DNA of 64,000 bases from Eukaryota sp. TZLM1-RC (taxonomy: Eukaryota; Protista; Metamonada: BaSk clade). Below, one piece after another: positions 43,188-55,636 of the stretch. The notes beneath the pieces are model-generated. The model made no database searches. It saw only the letters and a list, made by a program, of their open reading frames with translations, and was not told the DNA's origin. The stretch covers positions 3,782,001 through 3,846,000 of the forward strand of contig JAUPSS010000002.1 of assembly GCA_040285825.1 (NCBI GenBank). Direction: 5' to 3'. The first letter of the stretch is position 1. Every line of letters begins with the position of its first letter. The position numbers and the translations under genes were made by a program.

Positions 43188-45723
43188 TTAATACTTAAAG
43201 TGGAGACACCAATTAAAATTAGATTTTTTCATTGGATTCTTGATAATCAACTGTGAATCTAAAACGTAGAAATAAACATCATTTCCATCATCATCTACTA
43301 TTTTCCTAGGCTTTTGGCTACCAACTAACGTCACCCTTTCAATCAAAATTGATTGATAACCAGCAGTGGAAACATTCCAACAAAGCTTACTATTTTGAAA
43401 CTCAATTTCAGCTAAATCAAAAATACCCTTTTTGTAACCAAAAGAGATACCATCATCTCCATAATAAATCCCCTTTGCTTTACCTTTACTCAAAGCCACA
43501 TCTAATGAAAGAGGATCTTCATTCATGTACTCTGTGGATCTACGAAGTCGTTTCCTACGTGGAATAATGGATCCAGCTCGTTGAAGCACAGGAATAGTGT
43601 CAAGAGAAATATCAAAAACGTGAGGAAAAGTGACATGGTTTCCGTTTCTGACATCAAACCAATCATTTTTGATTGGGATATCAATCTCCTTCCTGGTAAT
43701 TCCCGACTTTGTGACTGGTACTACCAGAATATCGTCACCAACGAAGAAAACTTCCGAACTATCATTATCCAAGTTCACAAACAGTGGCAAAAGTGGCGGA
43801 ATTCCTTCATTTTCATACCTGTAGAACAAAAACTTCCAATAGGGAATATAAGAATACCTTTCAACCAAGGCTCTTCTTATTCTTCTTTCAGCATCATGAC
43901 CAAACAACCAAGGTTCTCGTCGAGGGTTATCCAAGTGTGAATGGCCCCTGTAGAAGGGATACCATGCTCCTAATTGATACCATCTGGTTTGGAGCTCGGC
44001 ATCAGGGTGATTGAAAAAACCACCAACGTCAGCACCGGAAAATCCCAATCCAGAAAGGGAAAGAGTCAACAACATTGGTACAGAAGCCTTTAGATGACTC
44101 CATTCAGCCGTATTATCACCAGTCCAAACAGCAACACCACTTCTCCCACTACCAGCAAAGAATGACCGTGTCAGAACAAAAGGTCTCACATTAGGATTAT
44201 CTGATAGTAAACCGTGGTAGGTAGCTTCATGCATGAGAAAACCATACAGGTTATGTACGTCGCGATGTAAAACTTGTTTAGTACCGTCAAAGTGAAGCAG
44301 GTCTCGTGGCATGGTTGTTTCAGCATGGTTGAATACAGAAGGTTCATTCATATCTAGAGTGAGAAGAGATCAGAGAGACCATACCATTCCAAATATTCAG
44401 CGTGTCAGTTTTATACTTGTAATTACTCTTCAAATATTGCTCACTCCAGAATTTACGACCTTCAGGATTGAGAAAATCAACATAAACCGAAGTTCCTGGC
44501 CAACAGTGACCCTCAAAAACTTTATTTTGATCGGCAGTCTTGACAAACACATCACGTGATATTCCCGACTTATAAACGTGATATGAGGTGTCCTTTTTGA
44601 TATGGGGGTCAGAAATAGTCACCATTCGTCTACCATACTTCCATAAATGATCCTGAAGACCTTCCGGATCGGGAAAGTGTTTTTTGTCAAATGTAAAGTA
44701 CTTTTTCTTATCCGTATGTTCAATATCCAACCAAAGAGTATCCACTGGTAAATCCCTATCCTCAAATTCCTTGAGGACAGTCAGTACATCAGTTTCGTCT
44801 CTATAGTTCCATCGGCATTGGTGGTAACCAAGAGAGAAGGTGGGAGGTGAAGGAAAAGGACCAAAAATGAAACGAAATTGATGGAAAAGGTCATAAATAG
44901 AAGGGCCAGTCAAGAAAATCACGTCAAGCGCCCCTGATTCTGAATAAAAATAACTAATTGTACCATTTAAATCCACAAACGTATCTGACGGGTTATTCCA
45001 GTATACACCACTAAATTCATTTTCAACACTTCTAGATATCAAAAAGGGAACACTTCCGTATAAAGGAAACTTGGAATCAGTTTCATATTGGAAAACATCC
45101 AGATTGAACATTCGGATGGGCTCATCTGATCCAATCGTGTCAGGAAGTTTGAGATCTAGAGCGTGCTCAGGTAGACCGTAGAAAGCAGTTGAGGTAGGAA
45201 ATTCAAAGTCTAAGGCAATGGTTCCAGTAGTTGGGGAAAGGTAAAGAAAGTGGTGAGAATTAATGTCAATGTTGGAAAGAGAAATAGAAAAGGGAGAGCT
45301 AGGGGTTGAGGACAGTGACACGTGGCATGAATTGGCATGACGAGGTGCAGTCCAGGTACACGTCATCATGGAGTTGGTCTCATGACAATCCACTTCTCTA
45401 ATTGGTGATGGCATAGATATCGCATGGTTTGAGTGGTAACGATCTACTTCGTTGTTGGCTTGTAAACGAACAATGCATTGATCATAGAACAATAATGATA
45501 CTGTAATGGGGGCTGGATCATCATGAGACACAACACTGATAGTTAGTTCACCATGTGTAAGAGACGGAACAGAAGCTAAAATCAAGGGATGTCTCTGTTC
45601 AGAAAGCCGAGAACGATGGTATGTACAGTGTTCAAAGTCTTTGCAGAACTTCCACTTATTCTTATCAAAGGAAAAAACAGTGAGGAAGAGCACTGAGATC
45701 ACGAGAAGTCGTGAGAAGGTCAT
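43188..45723 (-). CDS. GANAB: GH31 glucosidase II alpha subunit, two exons (45723-44385, 44353-43188), about 834 aa
   Basis: Signal peptide; LGYHQCRWNY, LWLDIEHT, spliced WNDMNEPSVF, WTGDN, GADVGGF, RGHSH. Confidence 0.93.
44354..44384 (-). other. 31-nt spliceosomal intron
   Basis: GTATGG...CTCACTCTAG; removal restores WN-D-MNE. Confidence 0.92.
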
Positions 45724-45811
45724 TGAAGGGTGCAGGAATAAATTAGTGCAAAAGAAAAGATATTTTCAGAATTAGATAATTATTATTTTTGAGTTGCACA
45801 CATCGTCACCA

Positions 45812-45847
45812 TCACTGTGACCGTCACAGTGACGTGATATGACGTGG
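45812..45847. promoter_or_regulatory. Palindrome plus tandem TGACGTG(A/G) bZIP-type boxes upstream of glucosidase II
   Basis: TCACTGTGAC-C-GTCACAGTGA; TGACGTGA 45830-45837; TGACGTGG 45840-45847. Confidence 0.45.
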
Positions 45848-45914
45848 CGTGTATTTAGGATAAAGTTAGGGCAGAAGGATTTATCTTTCATTGTAATGAA
45901 TAATTTTAAAAACA

Positions 45915-46530
45915 CTTCGATTTTATTCAACAACGAATATGAAAACATAAAATACACAATTAAAACTCCACATCCTCAAAACCTGCCTCCCCTACATCAA
46001 AACAATTAATTGCCAAAGATTCAGAGAATTTCCCAAAAGAAGACAGTGAATCAGAAATCAGTTTTACCATTCCCTTAAAAACAGAAAATACAATCATGTT
46101 TTGCCAGTAAACACGATTGAATATTCTTCCAGTTCTTTCCTTTACAACAACAACAAAATCTTCAAGGAAAGCCATAGCAGCCTTACCCAAAGATCCAAGC
46201 AAAGAAAATACAAAGGGACATAAATTATATTGTGCATGTGAATTTTTATTAATCGAGGAAATGGGTTTCGCATATTTAGCAATTTTATATTTTTCGCCTG
46301 CAAGAAGAGGATTATTTACATCTGAGTTGATGAGATGTTCGTTAGAGGAATAACAAGGGTCAATAGACATGGCGTCTAAAATAGTAAAACTACCATTTAA
46401 ACCGGGAACAACTAGATCACCTCTTGTCAGACCCATAAAAGCTCTGTTGTAGCGCGTACTATCAATATTGGGGTCATCAAGTATTAATTTTGATAACAGC
46501 GGTTCTAAAAAGGAATCTACTCTATAATTT
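45915..46530 (-). mobile_element. 3' fragment of LINE family B (RLE domain)
   Basis: TRGDLVVPG..LDAMSIDP..EKYKIAKY..CPFVFSLLG. Confidence 0.88.
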
Positions 46531-46563
46531 TTGTATCATCATTTTCAATAACATATCCCTTTG

Positions 46564-47494
46564 TATTTATTGAATTCGCACACTTAATTAAATTAACTCA
46601 TAACTAATGGGACGACTATCATTGAACCAAGATTTCTTCTACAAAATCTTGATCTGCTTGATGTCTAGGTAAAGCTTCTCTAATTCGATTGAAAAACCGA
46701 GGTAATCTATTAATAATGGCAAATTGAATCCGTGAACGCCATAAAAAAATATCAAATCTTTTCATTGTTTTTTCTTGCACCATTTTTTGGAAGTCATCCA
46801 AAAAAGTTTCTGCTTCAACTGATAATCTTCCATTTATCGAAAATGGGAAAGCAATAAAAACCAGCTGTGTATTTCTATCGACATTAGCCTCTTCAATATC
46901 TTTATCATATTTTCTATGTTTCTCTTTTGCTTTAAAATCCAGAGCAGCCACAGGATTAAGTTTTCTTCTGTGAACCAAAGTATCATTTGCAACATTACAT
47001 GAGACAAAGTCAACAATAGCTTCAGAATTATCAATCCAATCACAGTATACATCACCTCTATTATCAGAACCAAAATTATTCAGAGAAAGTGTTTCCTTCA
47101 GCAGGGGCTCTTTGATACACGATATCCTTGCAGTTTGTGCCATATTGAAAACAGTGTCTCTAACAGCATCATGTAATGAAGAACGATAAGTTATCAATTT
47201 AGAGCAATTTAGAGCATGACGCAAGGTGAGTTAAGGTGAATTCGAACAAATACATTTTTCTTTTGATAATAATTGATTAATGGGGATGTTCAAATATAAT
47301 TTCACTTTTGTTACAAATGCTTCATTAGTGGCACACAATCCAAATCTTCGTGGTACAATGGTTACAAAAAGCGAAGAATCTGACGACTTGTTTTCACAAA
47401 CACCATTTTCCAATAACAATGAGTGAAGATCTTAATTTAAAACAGCCGAGCTGCATATATTATTATAAAGATCTATTTCATACATTCCAGTCAA
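46564..47494 (-). mobile_element. 5'-truncated family A LINE
   Basis: Near-identical to 2388-3320 with an in-frame stop. Confidence 0.92.
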
Positions 47495-48189
47495 TCGCAT
47501 CTAATTCTTTTCAAAGTTTCCTAATCAGCTACTTACAGATAACAGATCCCTTCTTATTTTACTTTTTTCCCTTTTTTGCTTTACCAAAAGTACCGATAAT
47601 GGAATACTGATGGTACAATCGGTCCATTTCTTGACCAATATCTACAACTTGTTTTGACAGTTGGTTGGAATTCATTTTCGATAACAGATTATCAATGTAG
47701 TCCATTTTGCGTGACAGATTTAGTCACTGGTTTAATGGTTCAATTCTTAAATTGGGCTAACGTATACAATGTAATAAAAGAAGTGAAAGAGACATTTAAA
47801 TCATTATCAATGTTCGAGATTCCGGAATTGACCTTGGAATCCCAAATCGTTCAAAGGAATTCCAAAAATAATAGCTACGAATTTCTCAGAGAGTTTCATA
47901 GGAATGGAAAATTCTTTTAATTCCTGAAGGATTACAGATTTTGTACTGCATTACTCAAACTACATACCAAATATATATATATATATATTGTTGACGCAAG
48001 TATGACTGAATTGATCAATTGGATCAATAAAACATTTCAATGTAAACATTGAAGATAAAACAAAATTACACTGAAACAAATCTCAAAACGCAAACAAAAT
48101 TAAACAAATTTGCGTCACAATTGATATTCGCTGTGAAAAAGTGCTCATATTCTTGCTTTAATTTTTCACAGATTTCAGACATTTCAAAC

Positions 48190-48500
48190 ACATTGTGTTT
48201 GTGGGACTGAAATGTTTTCAAATTTGACCTGTGTAAACATAGGAGAATCGTTCGCCAGAATTCTTGCTTCCCTTGTTTTTAATAGAATTGGAAAAAATGA
48301 CAAAAACATGTCAGCCCTTATAAATTTGGAATCAAGACAATTGCTAGGACTTCTGCTGCTGCCCATTCATCTGATGTATACTTTCATTCTAGTAATTCTA
48401 AATACATTTTTAAGATAGATTTTCAAAATGCTTTTAATTCTGTATCACGTTTTTCGATTTTTCCTTTGTTGCAAAAGCATTTTCCCGAAGTTGAGCAAAT
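48190..48500 (+). mobile_element. Degenerate LINE RT fragment
   Basis: VNIGESFARILASLVFNR..; DFQNAFNSVSRFSIF..QKHFPE in an adjacent frame. Confidence 0.7.
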
Positions 48501-49985
48501 AAAGAGAGGAATGTCAAATTTGGTAATTTAAGGGTTTTAAAATTTTAGTTGCAAGCTTGGACAGTCGAATTAAGCGCCACAAGTCACTTCTGGAGTTGGT
48601 GTATTCTGAGGAAAATAATTCAAATACATTGTCAGAACTCGTTGGGCCTGTTCAACAACAATAACAGAGCCCAACTATAAGAATATTATATTATATTGTT
48701 GAATATTCATATTTTGGGTGAAATAATTTATTTATTCTATATATTTAATGAAGAAAGAGTGTCTCTAATATTCGTGATAAACAAGCTTCAAGAATAATGC
48801 TGAACCTTCAAAACTAAATTTATGATGTTTAATGAAAATCACGGGAGTCGGGCAGTTATAGTTAATGAAATGTATGTTAAGTATTTATTTTAAACAAAAT
48901 CTTTCTTTAAACAAAAAAATTTTACCTGATAAAAATTTACATTCAAAGTATAAAACTATTGTACAGCTTATTTTCTCCTCCTTTTCTTAGTTCTCCTCTG
49001 TGCCTTAAATATGGGAATCGGTAATATTGTAGATATCAATAGTACTACCACTATTTCGGTTCCCGTAGATTCCACATTCACTATTTTGAGTGTAACAATC
49101 CAAGACAAGGAACCAATTTTGTTTCCTTATCAGCATTTTCAAGTTGTTGTTTTGATTTTCCTTCATTTGGTTCAATTTTTTCCTTAATTCTTCTCTTTTT
49201 CCTACTACTTTTTTCCTCTCATTCTCAATTATTAAATCTGATCGTTTAAACATTTCAATTTCTTTGTTCAGTCATCGAATATTGCTTTTAATTTTTCTAT
49301 TTATTTTCCTTTTAATTCTTATATAAGCGTTTGGATCAAGTACTTTTAAATCACATTTTGTGATACCGTTTTTATTGTTGAATACACATATCGCACATCT
49401 GGCACTAGTTCTATTTTTCTCAAATTGCAACCTCTTATAAAGGCAGTTGTTCCTTTACAATTTCCTCTGGGTTTCCAATCCCCGATCCCAAATTCAACAT
49501 TATCTGTACTAGTAATCTTATGTGAATGAAGAATCAGTAAATTTTGTTGTAGGAAATGTTAATAATGTTTTTCACTACGTTGCTTATTGATATTTCGTAA
49601 AAATTTGTGCTTCTTCAACATCTGGTTATCCCAATAAATCGGAAGTAAATGTAAATCGTCGAACAGTTTCATCTTCACATATTCTTTACTATACAATTAT
49701 AATATACTATTTCTTTTGCTATACAAATTAATGTTAACACCTTCTGTTTCCCCCCACTTCTCATCATAGCAACACCTCAACTATTTATATGGGCAATGTA
49801 TGTTTTTGTGTTGAAAAATGAATTTAAGGTGCATTTATGTATTATTGGAACATTCAAGCAAAATAAATGAATTTAAGGTATGTTTAGTGGTACATTAATG
49901 TAGAGTCTAAATTTATCCAAATCCAGTTTCTTTGCAGTATTGAGAAAGTTCATCTCCCAGATCTTTGACTAATGAATGTTAAACT

Positions 49986-51581
49986 ATGAGCCATCCCTTG
50001 TACACCATTCAGTGTCGATATCACTGCCCACGAAATAGTTCCTTTGACCGTTATATTCTTGAAATCCTCCCCGATAACAATATTCAACTGAAGCCTGCAA
50101 TAGAGTCCACCTCTGCTCTTCTCAATACATGTCACCATTTCAAACTCCAGAACGCCCAGATAGAAGTTCTTTCTTTCAGTTCTTCTTCACTCTTTGGACT
50201 GCACATAACCACCACTGATACACAGGTGCATTTAGAGTTTGATAACGAGGAGCTACGGCGCCGTCTCCTAGACAAACTGCTTTCACACATACCCTCTCTA
50301 CACATCTCTCCCAGTTCCGATAAGGTCATTCCTTGTCTCACACAGTCGAGAAAAGTCAACATTTTTGACCGCTTTGGGCTATGCTTCTATCAAACTCTAT
50401 CCACTGATTGGTCTCCTTGCAGACTTCTTCTTAACGAAAAAAGTCTCTATGTATTATCAAATGACTCCGACGATGACGTCATCTATCACGTGAGGCTCAA
50501 AAAAGTCTTTTGTTTTCTGGACGCCCCTCATCTGTTTCCCAAACTAAATCGATCAATTATTGGCTCAACTTCGGAAATTTCTGATATAATTATTTTATCA
50601 ACCAATTCTTTTTTAGATTTCCCTTTAAATACTTGTAATTATTTCTGCTTGGGTTTTTGTAATTTCACTTTTGCATTGAGCTGGATCAAGGATATTAGTA
50701 GGAATATTTACTTACTCACAGGACGTAACTTGGAAATTCCCTTTTGGATGCATTTTTTAACTGAATTTATTTGGAAAAAAGGTGAAGGCATTACTGGACT
50801 TATTTTTAAAAAAAGATTTTTTATACTTCACAAAGCTATTTTACTTTATTTTAATGATCCAAATGACACCCATCCACTGGGCTCTATACCATTAGAATTA
50901 AGTGTTAACCTACCACTTTCTGTTGGTGATTTTGATTTAAAATTAGAGTGTAAACGGAGCAATAGCCTTGAATCCACTAGAACTTGGCATTTGAGATTTC
51001 AGTCAACCAAGGTTCGTGATTTATGGTCTAACGTTTTGACCAAAGTAATTAAAGGTCATTGGAAAGTCTCTACACTTAGTTTGGAAAGAAAAGATAGAGT
51101 TTCTTCTGTTGAATCTCTTTATGATCCTGATGACGTTCCTGATGACGTTTCCTCAATGAAAAGTACGGTTATGCTAAACTTTAAACCAATGAGTGGTTAT
51201 TTAGATAAATTGGGCCAAATTAATCGTACTTTTAAGAGAAGATTTTGCAAACTTTTCCCAGGTGAATTACTGTATTTCGAAGATGACTCACCTTTAAGCT
51301 TTCCACTGGGAATTATTTCCTTATTGGGATGCGAAGTAGACTTTGGTAGTAAATACTTGGACTCTGAAGATCGGAATGTTTTTTGTGTTAAATCACCTTC
51401 TAGGCTATGGGTATTTAGATCTGATGATTTTACAGGAACTCGAGATTGGATCGATGCTATTCAATTAGCTATTAATTGTAGTCGAACTTCTGTACCTTCA
51501 AGTAGCGGTAGTGAAAAGTTCAAAAGATTAAAACATTCAAAGTCAAAACCACTTATAGAAAGTCCTCTTAGTAATATTTAG
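49986..51581 (+). CDS. Multi-PH-domain protein
   Basis: FIWKKGE..FKKRFFIL..LLYF..PLGSIPL..RDLWSNVL; SGYLDKLG..FKRRFCKL..RDWIDAIQ. Confidence 0.88.
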   Translation: MSHPLYTIQCRYHCPRNSSFDRYILEILPDNNIQLKPAIESTSALLNTCHHFKLQNAQIEVLSFSSSSLFGLHITTTDTQVHLEFDNEELRRRLLDKLLSHIPSLHISPSSDKVIPCLTQSRKVNIFDRFGLCFYQTLSTDWSPCRLLLNEKSLYVLSNDSDDDVIYHVRLKKVFCFLDAPHLFPKLNRSIIGSTSEISDIIILSTNSFLDFPLNTCNYFCLGFCNFTFALSWIKDISRNIYLLTGRNLEIPFWMHFLTEFIWKKGEGITGLIFKKRFFILHKAILLYFNDPNDTHPLGSIPLELSVNLPLSVGDFDLKLECKRSNSLESTRTWHLRFQSTKVRDLWSNVLTKVIKGHWKVSTLSLERKDRVSSVESLYDPDDVPDDVSSMKSTVMLNFKPMSGYLDKLGQINRTFKRRFCKLFPGELLYFEDDSPLSFPLGIISLLGCEVDFGSKYLDSEDRNVFCVKSPSRLWVFRSDDFTGTRDWIDAIQLAINCSRTSVPSSSGSEKFKRLKHSKSKPLIESPLSNI

Positions 51582-51719
51582 TGTAATTTTAGTTTTAGTT
51601 TTTGTAAATAGTGATACTGTACTTATTTTATTGATTTATTTTGCTTTGTTTGATTCTTGTATATTTTCATAAATTTTCTTTTCAATTGATCAACATTATT
51701 TATTTATGTTCTACGAAGA

Positions 51720-52460
51720 ATCAAATAAAAACAAAACAAAATAAAACACATAAGAAACTAAATTCTCCACGCCAACTCTTGATGAATCCTTATAAAGTTT
51801 GGGCGTCGTTAAACTCAAATACTTGGGAACACTTCTGTACAAAGCGAAAATGATACGATTCTTCCATAAATTCCCTGCAAAATTCTTACCACTTGAACGA
51901 CATAAATTACCAAAATCATGGATGAAATTCAAGGCGGATTGTCCAATGTTGCCAAAAATTGAAAAGGCAAAAGGAACAAACGAAAACTTCGAGTAAAGAT
52001 TCTTATTTAAATCATTTAATATCTCAGTATATTAATCTCTCTTACGATCTTCAGCCTTGTTAAAATGACCATTAGTACTAAGTAAAACATCATTGCGATA
52101 AACAAAAGCAAAGGGATCAACTGTAGTGAAATCAACAACAACTTGAGAGGAATCCACAAAAGGAGCAATTAAATCACCTCGACGTGAATTAAACAGATTA
52201 TCATCACTATAATGCTTCAACAAAGGTTCTACTTTGCAACTAAAATTGTAACACTTGAACATCTCATATGTCACATCACGAACGGCATTATGAAGAACAG
52301 ACCTATATTGGAGAAATTTCTTACAACTCACAATATGACGGAAATTGGCAGTAGGTTTTTTGTTACAAATACAATAAGAATTGTCCAAAAGACCACTTGG
52401 ATACATCCCTAATCTCAACAGCATGTTTTTTTTCCAAGCTTCAAGATCAACATTACGTTT
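51720..52460 (-). mobile_element. 3' fragment of RLE LINE family C
   Basis: CICN..HIVSC..HNAVRD; RRGDLIAPF..VVDFTTVDP; LWKNRIIF. Confidence 0.85.
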
Positions 52461-52899
52461 TTTATGAAGTTGAAGAATAAAATAATTTGGTTCAGCATTG
52501 GACTATTAATGTTTCAATTCTGTCACTAATGGGAATCTTTTTCATGAATGAATAGTTTGTGAAAATATAATTGTGTTGTCCAAAAATGAAATATAAAATG
52601 AAACAGCAAAAGACAATGATGCTCGATCACGTGTCGGAAACTAACATTTGTGAGGAATAGAATTTCAAATCAAAGCACAATCAGAATACAATTATGAATT
52701 TCAAAGAAAAACGTTTCTGGCTTGTGGCCAAATTTTATAGTTGTGATAGACTTTGGGTATACTTCAGATCTATTACTAAATGATATCACGATCAAATGAT
52801 AGTTAAAGCGGCAACATTTCAAAATGCATAAAATTACTAACAACTATATATTAGTGGAACAGTTACATTTTAAAACAAGTAAAAAAGTTAATTTATTTT

Positions 52900-53995
52900 A
52901 TTTATGAATTTCCTCGTAGAATTCCTGATGATTCTCATCTGTCAGTTCCTAGTTGCAGTCCATATTGGCATGAGTTATGTTGTGAACTTGATAGATTGCC
53001 ACCACAAATTTGGACCAAACGTTTTCCCCAATCAATTCCAGAAATTCCAAACCGATCTCTGTTTAATTTGCAGTTTTGCTGTAAAAAGCTTCAACAAAAA
53101 TTGTCAAAGTTTTTTGAAAGCTTGAATTTTGATGTTAGACCTGGCTTGGCCAAGAAAAAGAATCCCGCTTCTGCAAATCTTTGACAAGATATGTGTGATA
53201 GTACTTCTTCTGCCTTTGTAACAACAATTCCTCAAGATTATGGCACTCTCTTAACTGATTCTGCTTGGACTTTGAATATGAAATTTTATCTGGCCTGATA
53301 ATTTACCTCATAATTTAATTTGACTTAATTTAACTCGAAAAATTGCAATTACTCATTTCTTAAATTGTAAACATTTTATTACTTTTAGAAGCAAGGTTCA
53401 TGATGCTGTAAGAGACCAATTATATTGTATGTGTAAGTCTTATAGAATTGAATCCTTTTTGTAACCTCTGTTGTCCAATCTGTTTAATACTGAAGATGAT
53501 TTTCATAAGAATAATAGAGGTGATGTCATATTACCTGGATTAGATGGAAGTTTCATTTTATTGGATGTAATGTCTGTTGATCCTTGTAATGCCTCAAATG
53601 AAAGGCTTGTTAATTCTGAAATTCACAATCCTCTTTCAAATGCTGAAAATTTCAAAATCAAAAAATACAATGAACCTCTGTCCAAATTGTCCAGTCTACA
53701 GCATGCAAATGACAATTTGTATCCATTTGTATTTTCTCTTTTTGGTTCACTTGCTCCAACGGCTATACGTTTTTTGGATGATTTTGAAATGATTGTAAGG
53801 TGAAGAACTAACAGAAATTTCAACAGATTGTTTTGGCAAAATAGAATTGTGTTTTCTATTTTTAAGGGGATGTTGAAGACGGTTTCTGATGCTTTGCTTT
53901 CTCTTGGATATCACTATGAGAGAGTTGCATCTAGTGTTTTTGTTTTGGGAGAGATGGATTTTTTAGATGTTCATTTATAGGTTTTTAATAAAATT
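52900..53995 (+). mobile_element. 3' fragment of LINE family D
   Basis: WTKRFPQSIP..KLQQKLS; NRGDVILPG; near-identical to 21730-22550. Confidence 0.88.
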
Positions 53996-54669
53996 AATGA
54001 TACAGAAAAAAGTTGCATTTTAAAACTCACATAAACCTTGACTAATGTTTTTACCCCATCAATTGAAGGAAATGAGATTTTTGTCATTCACTTGAATAGA
54101 CACTCGTTTATTTTTAAACTGCGTAATATTATTCAAAATGGAGTTAATATAGGTACTCAATAAATGAAACAAATTTTCAAAAGGAGGTTAGTGGTGAAAT
54201 CTTGCAATGGAGCAGCACAAATGCGTTACATTTACACAACATCACAAAGTGTGTTAGCAGTAGCTAAACGTGACTTGTCTCTTTAGGAAAGTGATCACGT
54301 CATCATGCTTTTAAATTTTATGTTTAGTGCACGAAAATCACAAAGTGGACAGCGAAAGTTGTTTAGTCCGACAGTTAGACATTGTGCTATTGTTGAATTC
54401 GTGCAATTTTTCTATCTCAATGGTGTCTCAAAAAGATTTCAACAAAGGGAAAACAGTCACTGAAAGTCAAAATCTTTGGAACAATTAAGTCTGTTTTCAG
54501 AAATCATTTACGTTACTTTTGGAAAATGCTGTTTATTCATTCTTTATATTCAAGACGCGAGTATCTGACACATCGATAGGTCAGCTCAACCAACCATCCA
54601 ATGATTTTGGTGGAAAAAAACCAATGTATCTATCAAGTGCAGGTCAACCAAAATAGATTCTCTAAATAA

Positions 54670-55210
54670 TGAATGAAGATGAAAATACTTTTAAGAAACG
54701 CCGTTCTGTTTTAATTACCCCTGTGCCTGATGGTGTGATCAAAGTTGTTGATGTTGTCACTGTTGATGTTTGTAAGGATTCAGCAATTGATTTTGCCTAA
54801 AAAGAAGAAACTCCGTTCTGCATTTCTGAAAAGAGCAAAATGAAAAAGTACAATGAACCCTTATCTCAGCTAGGACGTGTTGAGCATGTAAAGTATCAGC
54901 TGTTTCCATTTGCTGTTTCTCTTTTTGATAAAAGTGGAATATCCGGCATTAAATTTCTCGAAGGTTTCAGAACTTTAATAAAAGAAAGAGCGGGAAAAGA
55001 ATTAAACTTTAATTTCTGGCACAATAGAATTTTTTTCAGTGAACTTAGAAAACAATTCCGAAATGTTAACCAAAACACTGTTACAATTAGGAACAGAGTA
55101 TGAGAATCGCGCATTGAAGAGGTTTGATGATGTTGATGCGTGTATTGAGGATATTGAGTTTTAGTTTTGTTTGTTTAATGTCTTGTGAGCATATAGATCA
55201 ATAAAATTCT
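54670..55210 (+). mobile_element. Degenerate 3' fragment of a further RLE LINE family (E)
   Basis: VVDVVTVDVC..KMKKYNEPL..LFPFAVSLF..FWHNRIFF. Confidence 0.75.
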
Positions 55211-55636
55211 TTTCATAATAATACTTTTTATAATTCTTTTTATAATTCTTTTCAAAATAATGAATTCTTCTTAATCTATTCTTTTGTCACAGGCAATATC
55301 TACTGTGAATTTCACTTATCATACATTCCCCTGTGAAAATCACTCCTGTTTTCAACTTTCTCAATGTCTACTCACAGGCTGTACGAGACATGTAGCATCA
55401 TTTGACAAAAACAATCATGGTATTCATCAATGAGCTACCTCACTTAAATACACCTACTGCTTTTACAGAACAAAGCCTCGCGACTTGATGTATCTAAGTG
55501 GATCTACCAAATGCTACTAAGGTATTTGTAGATCGGTCTCAAAAGTTTTTCAAAAAAATCAAAAATCAAATAAAAAACTCAAAATAAAATATCAGTTTTT
55601 CCAAAGTTTTTGTTTCTGTATGCTCAGGTTCCCCAC

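Noticed and set aside
47972-47987. (AT)n microsatellite as a CRE target site
   Set aside because: No element junction at it
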